A stretch of 64,000 bases of DNA from an uncultured Chitinophagaceae bacterium (lineage in GTDB: Bacteria; Bacteroidota; Ignavibacteria; UBA10030; UBA8401), in assembly GCA_964355925.1 (NCBI GenBank), contig CAYHFN010000011.1:9986-73985 (forward strand), written 5' to 3'. The translations under genes and the position numbers were made by a program. Within the stretch, counting starts at the first letter, position 1; each line of letters starts with the position of its first letter. The notes beneath the pieces were generated by a model that was not told the origin of the DNA, ran no database searches, and worked only from the letters and a program-made list of their open reading frames with translations. This document shows positions 1-11,840 of the stretch, in pieces.

Positions 1-22
1 TAAGAATATTTTTTTTGCGTAT

Positions 23-2044
<2,022 letters not shown>

Positions 2045-2101
2045 TTATCCTTTTGTTTGATTGCGTTCCCCGTACGTTTTGAACGATACGAGATTGTGTG
2101 G

Positions 2102-2395
2102 TTATCTAAATTTAATGTCGGTAATACTATGTGATTTGGTTACCGAATAGATCTTCTCTAAAATTTCTTTTTTTCGGAACGTTAGCTCTGTTCTCCATGG
2201 AGCATTGTTCACGCTGACGATCAGTAAGCCATTGACCAACCGTTCGGGTTGCGCAACTTTTGCCACTTGCGGACCGACCGCTTCATTCCATACGTCGAAA
2301 ATTTTATACTGCTCGATCTGATTTTCAATACCAAGAGATTGCACAAGCAGTTTTAAAGCATCGCCAAGCGATTGCATATCTTCTTTTTTCTTCAT
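2102..2395 (-). CDS. DUF721 / DciA-like small protein (putative replicative-helicase loader ancestor)
   Basis: 97-aa basic protein between recF and gyrB, the classic DUF721 position. It overlaps the recF stop by 4 nt. No catalytic motif was found, so the assignment rests on size and synteny. Confidence 0.55.
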   Translation of the reverse strand: MKKKEDMQSLGDALKLLVQSLGIENQIEQYKIFDVWNEAVGPQVAKVAQPERLVNGLLIVSVNNAPWRTELTFRKKEILEKIYSVTKSHSITDIKFR

Positions 2396-3525
2396 GCTGC
2401 CAGCAATTCATTTACTGATTCGCCATTTTTAATAAAGAACTTTCTTCTGTTGCCGCTCCACTCAAGACCATCGAATATTTTCTCGCTTGTTGTTGTTATA
2501 AAAATTTGCCCAAGCGATTCCACGAGAGATAATATTTTTTTACTGCGGTTCTCATCAAGCTCACTGAAAACGTCGTCCAGCAAGAATATAGGCGTTTCGT
2601 TGCATCGTTCTCGCAAGAAGAAAAATTCTGCTACTTTTAGAGCAATAAGAAATGTCTTGTGCTGTCCCTGCGAAGCAAATTGTTTCAATGACATTCCGTT
2701 TAGCGAAAAATTTATCTCGTCTCGGTGCGGACCGACAAGCGATGTTTGAAACCGCAGTTCGTCATTTTTCTTTTTTGCTAATTTTGTTTCGATCGCCGCT
2801 GTTATTTCTTCAACCGTAGAATCCAGACGAACTGGAACAGAGGGCACATATTCAATTTTAGGCGTTTCTCGTTCTGCGACAATATCAAGATATGTTCGTG
2901 CAATAGACGGTTCAAATTCGATTAAAAACTTGTTGCGTTTATCAATGATCCTTGCCCCGTACCGCACAAGCATTTCGTTCCACGGTGAAATTTCGCGGCT
3001 AATATCTTTTCCTTTTGCCGTAGAAAGAATGGTGTTGCGTTGCCGAACAATGCGCCTGTATTCTATTGAATCTTCAACATACGATTTGCTGCTTTGTGAA
3101 ATAACAAGATTGATGAATTTTCTTCTGTCTGCAGGCGAACCAAATGTTATCGAGTTGTTTTCAGGAGAAAGAATTACCACCGGAAACATTCCTATCACTC
3201 CTGAGAATTTCTCTACTTCTGCGCCGTTAATGGTAATTTTTTTTTCTTTTTTAACATCGTCATATGTTACACGCACTTGAAATTCTTTTCCGTTGTCTGA
3301 TTCAAGCGTACTTTTTATTTCAAAGAATTGTTGTTGTTGTTGCACAACGGTAGCATCAGCGCTTGCATAAAAACTTTTTGTTAAACATAAAAACGATAGT
3401 GCTTCCAGGGTGTTGGTTTTTCCTTGACCATTCTCTCCAAGAAGAACGTTGATTTTTGAACCAAACTCAAACACTGTTTCGTTGTGATTGCGAAAACTAC
3501 GCAGGTGGGCATTGGAAATTCTCAT
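2392..3525 (-). CDS. recF: DNA replication and repair protein RecF
   Basis: 377 aa. N-terminal Walker A (LLGENGQGKTNTLEAL) and C-terminal ABC signature and Walker B (LLDDVFSELD). It follows dnaN. Confidence 0.93.
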   Translation of the reverse strand: MRISNAHLRSFRNHNETVFEFGSKINVLLGENGQGKTNTLEALSFLCLTKSFYASADATVVQQQQQFFEIKSTLESDNGKEFQVRVTYDDVKKEKKITINGAEVEKFSGVIGMFPVVILSPENNSITFGSPADRRKFINLVISQSSKSYVEDSIEYRRIVRQRNTILSTAKGKDISREISPWNEMLVRYGARIIDKRNKFLIEFEPSIARTYLDIVAERETPKIEYVPSVPVRLDSTVEEITAAIETKLAKKKNDELRFQTSLVGPHRDEINFSLNGMSLKQFASQGQHKTFLIALKVAEFFFLRERCNETPIFLLDDVFSELDENRSKKILSLVESLGQIFITTTSEKIFDGLEWSGNRRKFFIKNGESVNELLAA

Positions 3526-3539
3526 GAAGGCGCGTCGAA

Positions 3540-4661
3540 TTAATTATTCAACCGAACTGGCATAATCAGCATTAAAACTTCTTCCCCTTCTTTTTTGTTT
3601 ACCGGGGAGACTATTGCCGCACGGTTTGGCGAACTTAATTTAAATTCCACCTCTTCTGCATCAATATGAGAAAGCACATCGATGACATATGCAGAATTAA
3701 AACCAATCTCGAGTTCATCATCATTATAATCACAGGAAATTTTCTCTCTCGCTTCACTTCCAAAATCTTGATCCTCGGCAGCAATTCGAAGCTCGTCTTT
3801 TGTTACAGAAAGTCTAATTTGATGGGTTGTAGAATTGGAATATAATGATACACGACGAACTGATTGGAGCATTTCATTTTTACTGATTATTAATTTTTTT
3901 TCATTGTCTAATGGAATAACGGTTTCGTAGTTAGGATATTTTTCTTCTATTAACCGAGATATCAATGAAGTTCCATCGAATTTAAACATTACATGTGTTG
4001 CGCTGATAGACACTTTTGTTTCTGTTCCTGTTGACACTTTATCTAATTGCCCCAAAGCTTTCGCAGGTATAATAATATCTTTGGTTAATTTTGTATTCCC
4101 CAAATTCTTATTATTAATTCTAACAAGTCTGTGTCCATCCGTAGCGACAGCACGAACCTCACTTTTTGAAAATTGAAACAAAACACCCATCATCGCCGGA
4201 CGTAATTCATCTGCACTAACGGCAAACATTGTTGTTCCAATAAGGCGTTGTAATACCGGCACATCAAATGTTACCTCTGCTTCCCCTTTAAATTCCGGTA
4301 TTGCCGGAAATTCTTCACTTGATTCGCCGGTAAGAGTATATTCACCGTTATCGGTTTTCATTTTTATTTTTTTTGTTTCTGTGTCGATTGTAAAAATAAT
4401 ATTAGTATCTGAAAGTGCTCGAACAGTATCAAAGATTCTTTTTGCAGGAATCGCAATTGTTCCGTTTTGGCTTCCTTGAACCTCTAAAGAAACCGAAACA
4501 GATATTTCAAGATCTGTTGCAGTGATTTTTAATGTATTTGCGTGAATATCAAAATGAAGGTTTTCAAGAATTGGCAATGTTGATCTAGTAGGAACGACAC
4601 TGACTGTTTTTGCTAATGCTTTTTGTAAATCAGCGCTTCGTACGGAAAATTTCATGATCAA
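3540..4661 (-). CDS. dnaN: DNA polymerase III beta sliding clamp
   Basis: 373 aa with the three-domain beta-clamp size. It lies immediately downstream of dnaA. The N-terminus is MKFSVRSADLQKALAKT. Confidence 0.9.
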   Translation of the reverse strand: MIMKFSVRSADLQKALAKTVSVVPTRSTLPILENLHFDIHANTLKITATDLEISVSVSLEVQGSQNGTIAIPAKRIFDTVRALSDTNIIFTIDTETKKIKMKTDNGEYTLTGESSEEFPAIPEFKGEAEVTFDVPVLQRLIGTTMFAVSADELRPAMMGVLFQFSKSEVRAVATDGHRLVRINNKNLGNTKLTKDIIIPAKALGQLDKVSTGTETKVSISATHVMFKFDGTSLISRLIEEKYPNYETVIPLDNEKKLIISKNEMLQSVRRVSLYSNSTTHQIRLSVTKDELRIAAEDQDFGSEAREKISCDYNDDELEIGFNSAYVIDVLSHIDAEEVEFKLSSPNRAAIVSPVNKKEGEEVLMLIMPVRLNN

Positions 4662-5035
4662 TCTCCTTAAATATTGGTAGTATTAAACAAGAAGTTTAAT
4701 GGTCTAATATACTAAAATTGTATGGTATTCCCAAAAGAAGAATACCCGTAAGTATTTATTTTTTCAGTGAGTTATAGCATATTATAATAGATATATATCT
4801 TTAAAACAATAATACTAATAATGGTGTGGATATGTTGACAAGGGGTCATTTTTAATATTTTTACAGATAAAAATTGAAATTATCATGTATATAAAAAGTT
4901 CATATCCCCCAAAGTTCCCCACACTGATTAACATTTAAATAGAAACAGTTTTTCAAACGCAGTTTACCAACAATTCATTAACACAGTATCACAAATCATC
5001 AACAGAATAATGTTGATAAATATTTTAAAATAAAA

Positions 5036-5072
5036 AAGGGATCAAAAAATAGACCCCTATTTCTTTTTATAC
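5036..5072 (-). terminator. Putative rho-independent terminator downstream of dnaA
   Basis: Imperfect hairpin (AAGGGATC...GACCCCT) followed by a T-run on the minus strand, just 3' of the dnaA stop. Confidence 0.35.
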
Positions 5073-5081
5073 GGAAAAATT

Positions 5082-6536
5082 TCACCGAGAACGAATCTCG
5101 ATTTTCTTTTTTATTTGCTCAACAGACAAACGGAATTTTTGATCGATCTTGATTTGTTCTTCCACTGTTTGATATGCGTGGATAACCGTGCTATGATCCC
5201 TTCCCCCAAAATTCAATCCGATTGTTTTTAGAGAGCAATTAGTCAAATCCTTTGCAATATACATTGCAACCTGACGCGCAATAACAATTTCCTGTTTTCT
5301 CGTTTTTGCTCGTAAAAGATCGTTTGGTATATCATAAAACTCAGAAACGATACGCTGAATTTCTTCAACCGTTATCGGAGAACGAACCTCCGTTACAACA
5401 GAGCTTAGAACTTCGCGCGCCATATCAAGATCGATATCCTTTCCCAACAACGAGGCGTTGAACAAAAGCTTTGTGTAACAACCCTCCAACTCCCGCACAT
5501 TTGAAGTTACATTCGCAGCAATAAAATCTAAAACAATTTCGGGAATAACCACATTGTCCCGCTCACATTTATTGCGCAATATTGCAGACCGTGTCTCCAG
5601 GTCGGGCGGCTGAATATCTGCTGTCAAACCCCATTGAAAACGTGATATTAATCGTTCGTCCAATCCCTTTAGCTCTTTTGGTGGCCTGTCGGATGAAAGA
5701 ATGATCTGTTTTCCGAGTTGATGAAGAGAGTTGAATGTATGGAAGAAGCTGTCCTGCGTTTTTTCTTTTCCAGTAAAGAATTGGATATCGTCGACAATTA
5801 AAATATCCATGCTTCGGTATAATGTTGAAAACTCAGTTGTTGCATCGTTCCGAATAGCATCAATAAACTCATTGGTGAATTTTTCACTGGATACATAGAT
5901 AACTCGTTTTGCTTTTCCGGTTTCCAATGCATAATTACCAATAGCCTGCATTAAATGTGTTTTACCAAGTCCGGTACCACCATACAAAACCAAAGGATTA
6001 AAAGATGTTCCCCCAGGATTGTTTGCTACAGCAGTAGCCGCTGCACGAGCAAGCTGATTACTTTCTCCCTTAATAAATGTATTAAACGTATTCCGTTTAT
6101 TTAAAAAAGTTTTTTCGTAAGGCAACGGTTGTGTGTAATGCGTTTGTTCAATTTTAGCATTTATCAGTTCGCTTGCTTTAATAGCTGCTTCATTTGGAGA
6201 AACGAGAATTGACTGCGAAGCTTCGTCCGAGGGAACCACCGTGTAAGAAAGTTTTGCAGTCGGACCAAGAGTTTTTTTCAGTGCATCCGAGATCAGAGAA
6301 TAATAATGTTCTTCAAGCCACTCATAAAAAAATTGACTTGGAACAGTAACAAAGACCTCGTTGTTCTCAATTTTTACAGGCTTTATAGGTTCAAACCAAG
6401 TTTTGAAACTCTGCGAATTTACCTGTGGTTGAACGTGTGCAAGAATACTTATCCAAACAGCATCCACCTCATTTTGTGGCGCATCAGGCTTCTTTATTGA
6501 AACAGGAGCATCAGAAGATGTAGCAAATGAAATCAT
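5082..6536 (-). CDS. dnaA: Chromosomal replication initiator DnaA
   Basis: 484 aa. AAA+ Walker A (GGTGLGKTHLMQAIGN), sensor motifs and the C-terminal DnaA-box-binding helix-turn-helix region (VIARQVAMYIAKDLTNCSLKTIGLNFGGRDHSTVIHA). Confidence 0.95.
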   Translation of the reverse strand: MISFATSSDAPVSIKKPDAPQNEVDAVWISILAHVQPQVNSQSFKTWFEPIKPVKIENNEVFVTVPSQFFYEWLEEHYYSLISDALKKTLGPTAKLSYTVVPSDEASQSILVSPNEAAIKASELINAKIEQTHYTQPLPYEKTFLNKRNTFNTFIKGESNQLARAAATAVANNPGGTSFNPLVLYGGTGLGKTHLMQAIGNYALETGKAKRVIYVSSEKFTNEFIDAIRNDATTEFSTLYRSMDILIVDDIQFFTGKEKTQDSFFHTFNSLHQLGKQIILSSDRPPKELKGLDERLISRFQWGLTADIQPPDLETRSAILRNKCERDNVVIPEIVLDFIAANVTSNVRELEGCYTKLLFNASLLGKDIDLDMAREVLSSVVTEVRSPITVEEIQRIVSEFYDIPNDLLRAKTRKQEIVIARQVAMYIAKDLTNCSLKTIGLNFGGRDHSTVIHAYQTVEEQIKIDQKFRLSVEQIKKKIEIRSR

Positions 6537-6544
6537 AAAAACCC

Positions 6545-6850
6545 CAAAACGTTATCAACAGCAAACATTGCCTTATCCACAAAATTACCAACACGCCCAC
6601 AATGCTTAAATTAAGAGACTTAGAGACAAAACAAGAATTATACACATTAATTTTGAAACGCTAACCGATTGAAAAACAACGCCCACCCACCACAACAGAC
6701 AAGCTTATCAACACCCACTGTGAATATCTTTTTGCGCCCATTTCGAAGCGCAAAAACAGCAAAAATGTATATATAAAAGTTATCCACAAATAACCCACAC
6801 ACAAAATCTTTCTTGTTCACAATATATTATATCGTATTTGGTGGATAGAA
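6545..6850. promoter_or_regulatory. oriC / dnaA promoter region with clustered DnaA boxes
   Basis: Perfect TTATCCACA at 6573-6581 and 6780-6788. One-mismatch boxes TTATCAACA at 6552-6560 and 6705-6713. A degenerate inverted box lies at 6840-6848. A 7-bp-stem hairpin (TTTGCGC..GCGCAAA) lies at 6731-6755. An AT-rich stretch follows at about 6860-6960. Confidence 0.75.
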
Positions 6851-6995
6851 GTCAAGTAAAATTTTAACAAATTAAATATTTGTAGATTGTTTTTAGTATA
6901 ACTTTGTAATAAAAAAATCCAAAAGCATAGAATTATCTTGTTTGTCCTGCGATGTTTTTGTATTTTTATATCGCTTTTATTCATTTGGAGAAACA

Positions 6996-7148
6996 ATGAA
7001 ACGAACTTTTCAACCCCATAAGCGAAAACGCAGAAACACACATGGTTTTCGCGAACGTATGGCGACCAAAAACGGACGCAAAGTATTATCAAGTCGTCGT
7101 GCAAAAGGGCGACATAAACTGACAGTTAGCGACGAGCCGCGCAACTAA
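6996..7148 (+). CDS. rpmH: 50S ribosomal protein L34
   Basis: [44 protein letters not shown] is the L34 signature. A GGAG Shine-Dalgarno lies 6 nt upstream. The track ORF begins upstream at 6942, but the ATG at 6996 is the conserved start. Confidence 0.92.
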   Translation: MKRTFQPHKRKRRNTHGFRERMATKNGRKVLSSRRAKGRHKLTVSDEPRN

Positions 7149-7208
7149 CGCGGCCTTGCTTTTGTCTGTGCTTTTCCCCTCTCTCAATATCAGGAAGCGG
7201 TGGCGTGA

Positions 7209-7595
7209 GTGCGACAGACACTTCCCAAACTAAACATTCTACGCGGATATCAATCGTTCACTAAAGTCATCACCAACGGGATTTCATTTAAAGGAACACT
7301 GTTGTCGGTCTTTGTTTTGAAAGATTTGAACAAGAAGGATTTATTGGTTGGAATTTCTGTTCCCAAAAAACGCGTTGCGCTTGCGGTTAACCGGAACAGG
7401 CTAAAGAGATTAATACGCGAAGCAGCGAGAAGGAATTTTAAGGAAGCGCTAATCAAGACGCACGAAAAAAATATCGGCGGTGATATTGTTATCATATTTA
7501 AAGGTGACAAGAACAACAACACCCGTCGTTTAAGATTGCAAGACATAGAGACGGAGTGGATTAAAATTCAAGAACAAATCCTTCAAACGCTATGA
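7209..7595 (+). CDS. rnpA: Ribonuclease P protein component
   Basis: 128-aa basic protein directly after rpmH, with the RNR-like motif ([13 protein letters not shown]). Confidence 0.8.
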   Translation: MRQTLPKLNILRGYQSFTKVITNGISFKGTLLSVFVLKDLNKKDLLVGISVPKKRVALAVNRNRLKRLIREAARRNFKEALIKTHEKNIGGDIVIIFKGDKNNNTRRLRLQDIETEWIKIQEQILQTL

Positions 7596-7831
7596 ATCAC
7601 ACACTGATTTTTTTGATACGCGTTTATCAAATGGCGATCTCGCCGTTTCTTCCTGCCAACACTTGTAGATTTTTTCCAACCTGTTCTACCTATGCCATCG
7701 AATCAATACACAAACACGGCGCACTAAAAGGATCAATACTTGGCGTAAAACGGATCTGTAAATGCCATCCATATAATGACGGAGGGTATGATCCGGTACC
7801 GGAATATTTTTCATTGAAAAAGAAAATATAA
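7592..7831 (+). CDS. yidD: Membrane protein insertion efficiency factor YidD
   Basis: 79 aa with the conserved Cys/His pattern ([46 protein letters not shown]). ATGA overlap with rnpA. Confidence 0.85.
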   Translation: MNHTLIFLIRVYQMAISPFLPANTCRFFPTCSTYAIESIHKHGALKGSILGVKRICKCHPYNDGGYDPVPEYFSLKKKI

Positions 7832-7835
7832 TACT

Positions 7836-9641
7836 ATGGGAAGACAAGAGACAATCGGATTTATTTTGATCGCAGCGGTGTTAATGGCGTGGATGTATTT
7901 TACATCTCCGCAACGTCAACCGCAACAATCCCCCAAAACGACACAAAACAGTGTTCGCGATTCTGTAAAAAGAACAGAGCCACAGCGGCGCGATGAACGG
8001 CAACAAATACTGCCGAACACATCTTCGCAAACATCGCAGACTATAAGCGATACACTGGGTAAATTTTTCAGCGGAACCGAGCTTGGCAAAGAACAAACGT
8101 TTACCGTTGAAACGGAAAACTATATTGCAGAACTTTCCACCAAGGGCGGATCGATCAAGCAATGGACCTTAAAGAATCATAAAACGTGGGACAACCATCC
8201 CGTGCAACTGGTAAACGACAGCAAGGGTGATTTTAATATTTTATTTACCACCACCGACGGAAAAATGATCAACACAAAAAATCATTTTTTCACGGCGCAA
8301 TTACCCGTTGGGGGAAAAATTGTTTTGTCGGGTAACGATGATGCTGTTATCCAATTTGTATTGAATGCAAAAGAAGGACGTATCACAAAGAAGTTAACGT
8401 TCAAAAATCAGGCGTTCGATTTCGATGCCGATATTGCCTTTGAAGGTATGCAAAACATTGTAGCAAATTATGAATACCAGATTTTATGGGAGAATGGAAT
8501 TCGTTACACAGAATACAACAGTGTTGACGAATCTAATTCGGCAGCAGCGTACACGTTTGGTGGGGGCGAACTAAAAGAAGTGGATGCTAAATCCGCAAAT
8601 GAAAATCCAAAAGAAGATCCCACGGGACAGACAGAATGGGTTGCCCTACGTAATAAATATTTTACCGTTGCACTTCTTTCGCAGGATAAAAAAGCAACCG
8701 GTTCGTATTTGGAAGGTCAGCATATAGCTACAACAGACAACGGTGTTTTAGAAAAATATTCCATTGCTTTGAAATATCCGTTTAAAAATTCTGCAAATGA
8801 AACCGCAAAAATTTCCACCTATATCGGTCCGCTTAAGTTTTCAATAATTAAAAGTTATGACCGCGGACTTGACCAGATCATGTCGCTTGGATGGTCGTGG
8901 ATCCGTCCGATCACAGAATATATCTTCATCCCGCTTTTTGCATTACTTCATACCGTAATTTCTAACTATGGACTAGTGATCATTATATTTTCAATTTTTA
9001 TTAAACTTGCATTGTATCCGTTGACAAAGTCCAGTATGGCGTCAATGAGAAAAATGCAAAAACTGCAGCCGTTAATGGCGGAGATTCGCGAAAAATACAA
9101 GAGTGATGCTCAGCAGATGAACATCCAGATCATGAAACTGTATAAAGATTACGGTGTCAATCCAGCCGGAGGATGTCTGCCGATGTTGTTACAGCTCCCA
9201 ATTTTATATGCGTTGTATTCATTGTTTACAGCGTCCATTGAATTGAGACAAGAACATTTTATGTTGTGGGTTACCGATCTTTCGGTACCCGACGTATTGA
9301 TTTCACTTCCGTTCTCACTTCCGCTGCTTGGTAATTTCATCAGCGGTTTGACGGTGGCAATGGGTGTGACGATGTTTGTTCAGCAGAAACAAACGGTTAC
9401 AGATCCGACGCAAAAAGCAATGGTATGGATGATGCCGATCATGATGACGGTGATGTTCAATCATTTTCCGTCCGGCTTAAATCTTTATTATTTTGTATTC
9501 AATTTGCTTTCAATAGGGCAGCAGTGGTATTTTAATCAGCGCCACAGCAGCGAGCCGCTGCAAAAGATACCGGAGAGTCAACGTAAAACCGGATTTATGG
9601 AACGGATGCAACGAAATCTGCCTAAGAAATCAGGTAAATAA
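7836..9641 (+). CDS. yidC: Membrane protein insertase YidC
   Basis: 601 aa. An N-terminal transmembrane segment is followed by a large periplasmic domain. The C-terminus carries the 60 kDa inner-membrane-insertase core (PLTKSSMASMRKMQKLQPLMAEIREKYKSD...MNIQIMKLYKDYGVNPAGGCLPMLLQLPI). Confidence 0.9.
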   Translation: MGRQETIGFILIAAVLMAWMYFTSPQRQPQQSPKTTQNSVRDSVKRTEPQRRDERQQILPNTSSQTSQTISDTLGKFFSGTELGKEQTFTVETENYIAELSTKGGSIKQWTLKNHKTWDNHPVQLVNDSKGDFNILFTTTDGKMINTKNHFFTAQLPVGGKIVLSGNDDAVIQFVLNAKEGRITKKLTFKNQAFDFDADIAFEGMQNIVANYEYQILWENGIRYTEYNSVDESNSAAAYTFGGGELKEVDAKSANENPKEDPTGQTEWVALRNKYFTVALLSQDKKATGSYLEGQHIATTDNGVLEKYSIALKYPFKNSANETAKISTYIGPLKFSIIKSYDRGLDQIMSLGWSWIRPITEYIFIPLFALLHTVISNYGLVIIIFSIFIKLALYPLTKSSMASMRKMQKLQPLMAEIREKYKSDAQQMNIQIMKLYKDYGVNPAGGCLPMLLQLPILYALYSLFTASIELRQEHFMLWVTDLSVPDVLISLPFSLPLLGNFISGLTVAMGVTMFVQQKQTVTDPTQKAMVWMMPIMMTVMFNHFPSGLNLYYFVFNLLSIGQQWYFNQRHSSEPLQKIPESQRKTGFMERMQRNLPKKSGK

Positions 9642-9654
9642 AATTTGAAGGACA

Positions 9655-9695
9655 TAAAAAATCCCCGATGTCTTAAAGGCTTCGGGGATTTTTTA
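9655..9695. terminator. Bidirectional rho-independent terminator (yidC / convergent membrane-protein gene)
   Basis: AAAAAA-ATCCCCGA-loop-TCGGGGAT-TTTTTT at 9655-9695. Confidence 0.7.
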
Positions 9696-9722
9696 TATCG
9701 AAAGCTCAAGGAGTAAAAACAG

Positions 9723-10511
9723 TTATTCTTTTTCAGAATCGTTTTCCATGAACGCTTGTAACTTTTCGCCAATCCATCCACCGATCAACGAAAGCACAAA
9801 TCCAGCAGCAAGTCCTTCAACAACATATACTGATTCTTCCATCATCAACAGAGAGAAAGAGTAAAGAAAAATTGCATTAAGAAAAACGCTTAGCGCCCCG
9901 GCAACTCCCGCCTCCATAATTGTAACACCAGGAGAAAAATATCCGACAAGCAATCCGGCAAACAGAAAACTAGCACCAAGCGCAAGAAAGATGCCGCCAA
10001 CACCGAATTTAAGCAGAGCAAATCCGCCAATAACAAAGAAAGCATTAAAAATAAATGCGATCACGGTTCCGGCAAGTATCCACCCCCATTGCAAACCGCC
10101 CTTTTTATCGGCTTCTAATTCTTTTACAAGTTCTTCCGGTGTAATCTGGATCTGCTCGCCCACCCATCCGCCAATCAAACCCAAGATCAAACCGATAACC
10201 GGAGCAAGAAATCTTTCCAACACTGTGAAGTTGTAATTAAATCCGAACGACAGAATAATTCCGACAAACAACAGGGTTACAAATCCTCCAATAGCAGGCT
10301 CTTTAATCGTGTATCCCTCAGATTTATATCCGACAATAATACCCATTACCACAAAACCGAGCAGAGACATAAAAGTAGGTATAATCGGGACATGGAAAGT
10401 TTGCGAGATCATTAAATGCAGCGAAAGGCAGAGCGCCGTTCCTGCGACAATACCGGTGATCAGCCATTTCCAATCAAAACTTCCTTTGGATCCGGTGGCT
10501 TCAGTTGTCAT
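9723..10511 (-). CDS. Hypothetical polytopic membrane protein with internal duplication
   Basis: 262 aa with several hydrophobic helices. The two halves each end in a near-identical IGGW(V/I)GE(Q/K)(I/L)Q motif. Confidence 0.6.
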   Translation of the reverse strand: MTTEATGSKGSFDWKWLITGIVAGTALCLSLHLMISQTFHVPIIPTFMSLLGFVVMGIIVGYKSEGYTIKEPAIGGFVTLLFVGIILSFGFNYNFTVLERFLAPVIGLILGLIGGWVGEQIQITPEELVKELEADKKGGLQWGWILAGTVIAFIFNAFFVIGGFALLKFGVGGIFLALGASFLFAGLLVGYFSPGVTIMEAGVAGALSVFLNAIFLYSFSLLMMEESVYVVEGLAAGFVLSLIGGWIGEKLQAFMENDSEKE

Positions 10512-10640
10512 TGAAAACTCCTTGAAAATATGATTATGAAAGTAAACAAAATAACTGTGAGAATTTCCGCAATTCTGGTTTGAAAGTCAAGAAACGAAAA
10601 CATTCATTCTAAAGGTAAACGATTGAAAATATTTTTCAAA

Positions 10641-11807
10641 TTATATCTGTGATGAATCAATAATACCCAGGAGATCTTTGATATCACCAAAACTCCAATT
10701 GACCTTATTACACAATATGATAATGGTTGCATGATCATCCAGCCGTCGAACGAAAAGAGAGTTGTACCCGCGCCACCATCCGCCATGATAGACGATCTTG
10801 CTGCCGCCGGCCAGAGTATCTATTCTAAAACCATATCCGTAATTATTATCCCGTTTGTAATCATAGCTCATTGGCGTGAATGCTTCGACGAGCGTCGTTT
10901 GTTTAACCAATTGTTCGGAATACAACGCCTGGTCCCACAGAAACATATCTTCTACAGTAGAATGAATCCCCTTATCACCACAGACACCATCAAGAAAATC
11001 TTCGTAAGATTTTCGACGATTTCTGCTATATCCGTTCGTTTCAAATTCTATAGTTTTTTTATTGAGGGGACTATAGACGAATGTGCTTGTCATACCAAGA
11101 GGGCGAAACACGCTCTCTTCCATAAAAACATCAAAGGGCATTCCAGAAACGCGCTCAACAACCAGCGCCAACATTGCATAACCAGTGTTGCTGTATTTGT
11201 ACCGTCGATCCGGCAGGAATTCAGCAAGGGGTTTGTTGGTCTTCATGATTTCCAGCAACTGTTCATTGCTAAGATATTCTTTTTTCTTTTTCCAATACTT
11301 AGCAGCAAAATACATATAGTTTGGCAGACCAGAACGATGTGACAATAATTCTTTTATTGTTATGTTTTTATAAGGAAAATCCGGAATGAACTTTTGTATT
11401 GTGTCGGAATATTCCAGTTGACCTCGTTCTTGCATCATCATTATTGCCATTGCGGTGAATTGTTTTGTTACTGACGCAATTTGAAAAACCGACTTGACAC
11501 TAAGCAGCTCTTTTGTCTTTAGATTAGAGAATCCGAAGGAATTCTTATAGACAATGTTTCCCGACAGGCCAATAAGCACGTTTCCGTTAAAGCCTCTTTT
11601 TGTTGAAAGAGAACGGAACAAGGAATCGAATTTTGTGGCAACAGCTATTGATCGTAATGCTACATTTTCATTACTGTTAACCGGCTTTGTTGGATCATTG
11701 CCAAGCACAAGCGACCAAAAGAATGTTGTTATTAGGATAAAAAGATTCATCAGACTCCGCGGATTAAACATACAAAGCAACCAACCATTGACAACGTACC
11801 AATACAA
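10641..11807 (-). CDS. Beta-lactamase-family serine hydrolase (class C / PBP4-type fold), secreted
   Basis: 388 aa. It has an N-terminal signal-like hydrophobic segment and an S-x-x-K active-site motif (FQIASVTKQFTAMAI). YSNTGY is a YxN-type motif. HGGWWRGY is a KTG-like region. Confidence 0.75.
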   Translation of the reverse strand: MYWYVVNGWLLCMFNPRSLMNLFILITTFFWSLVLGNDPTKPVNSNENVALRSIAVATKFDSLFRSLSTKRGFNGNVLIGLSGNIVYKNSFGFSNLKTKELLSVKSVFQIASVTKQFTAMAIMMMQERGQLEYSDTIQKFIPDFPYKNITIKELLSHRSGLPNYMYFAAKYWKKKKEYLSNEQLLEIMKTNKPLAEFLPDRRYKYSNTGYAMLALVVERVSGMPFDVFMEESVFRPLGMTSTFVYSPLNKKTIEFETNGYSRNRRKSYEDFLDGVCGDKGIHSTVEDMFLWDQALYSEQLVKQTTLVEAFTPMSYDYKRDNNYGYGFRIDTLAGGSKIVYHGGWWRGYNSLFVRRLDDHATIIILCNKVNWSFGDIKDLLGIIDSSQI

Positions 11808-11840
11808 AAATACATTTCCGGACAGGATTTTCCAACAAGT

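Noticed and set aside
6817-7104. 95-aa minus-strand ORF overlapping rpmH and the origin region
   Set aside because: It is AT-rich and low-complexity, and it overlaps the conserved rpmH on the opposite strand. It is spurious.
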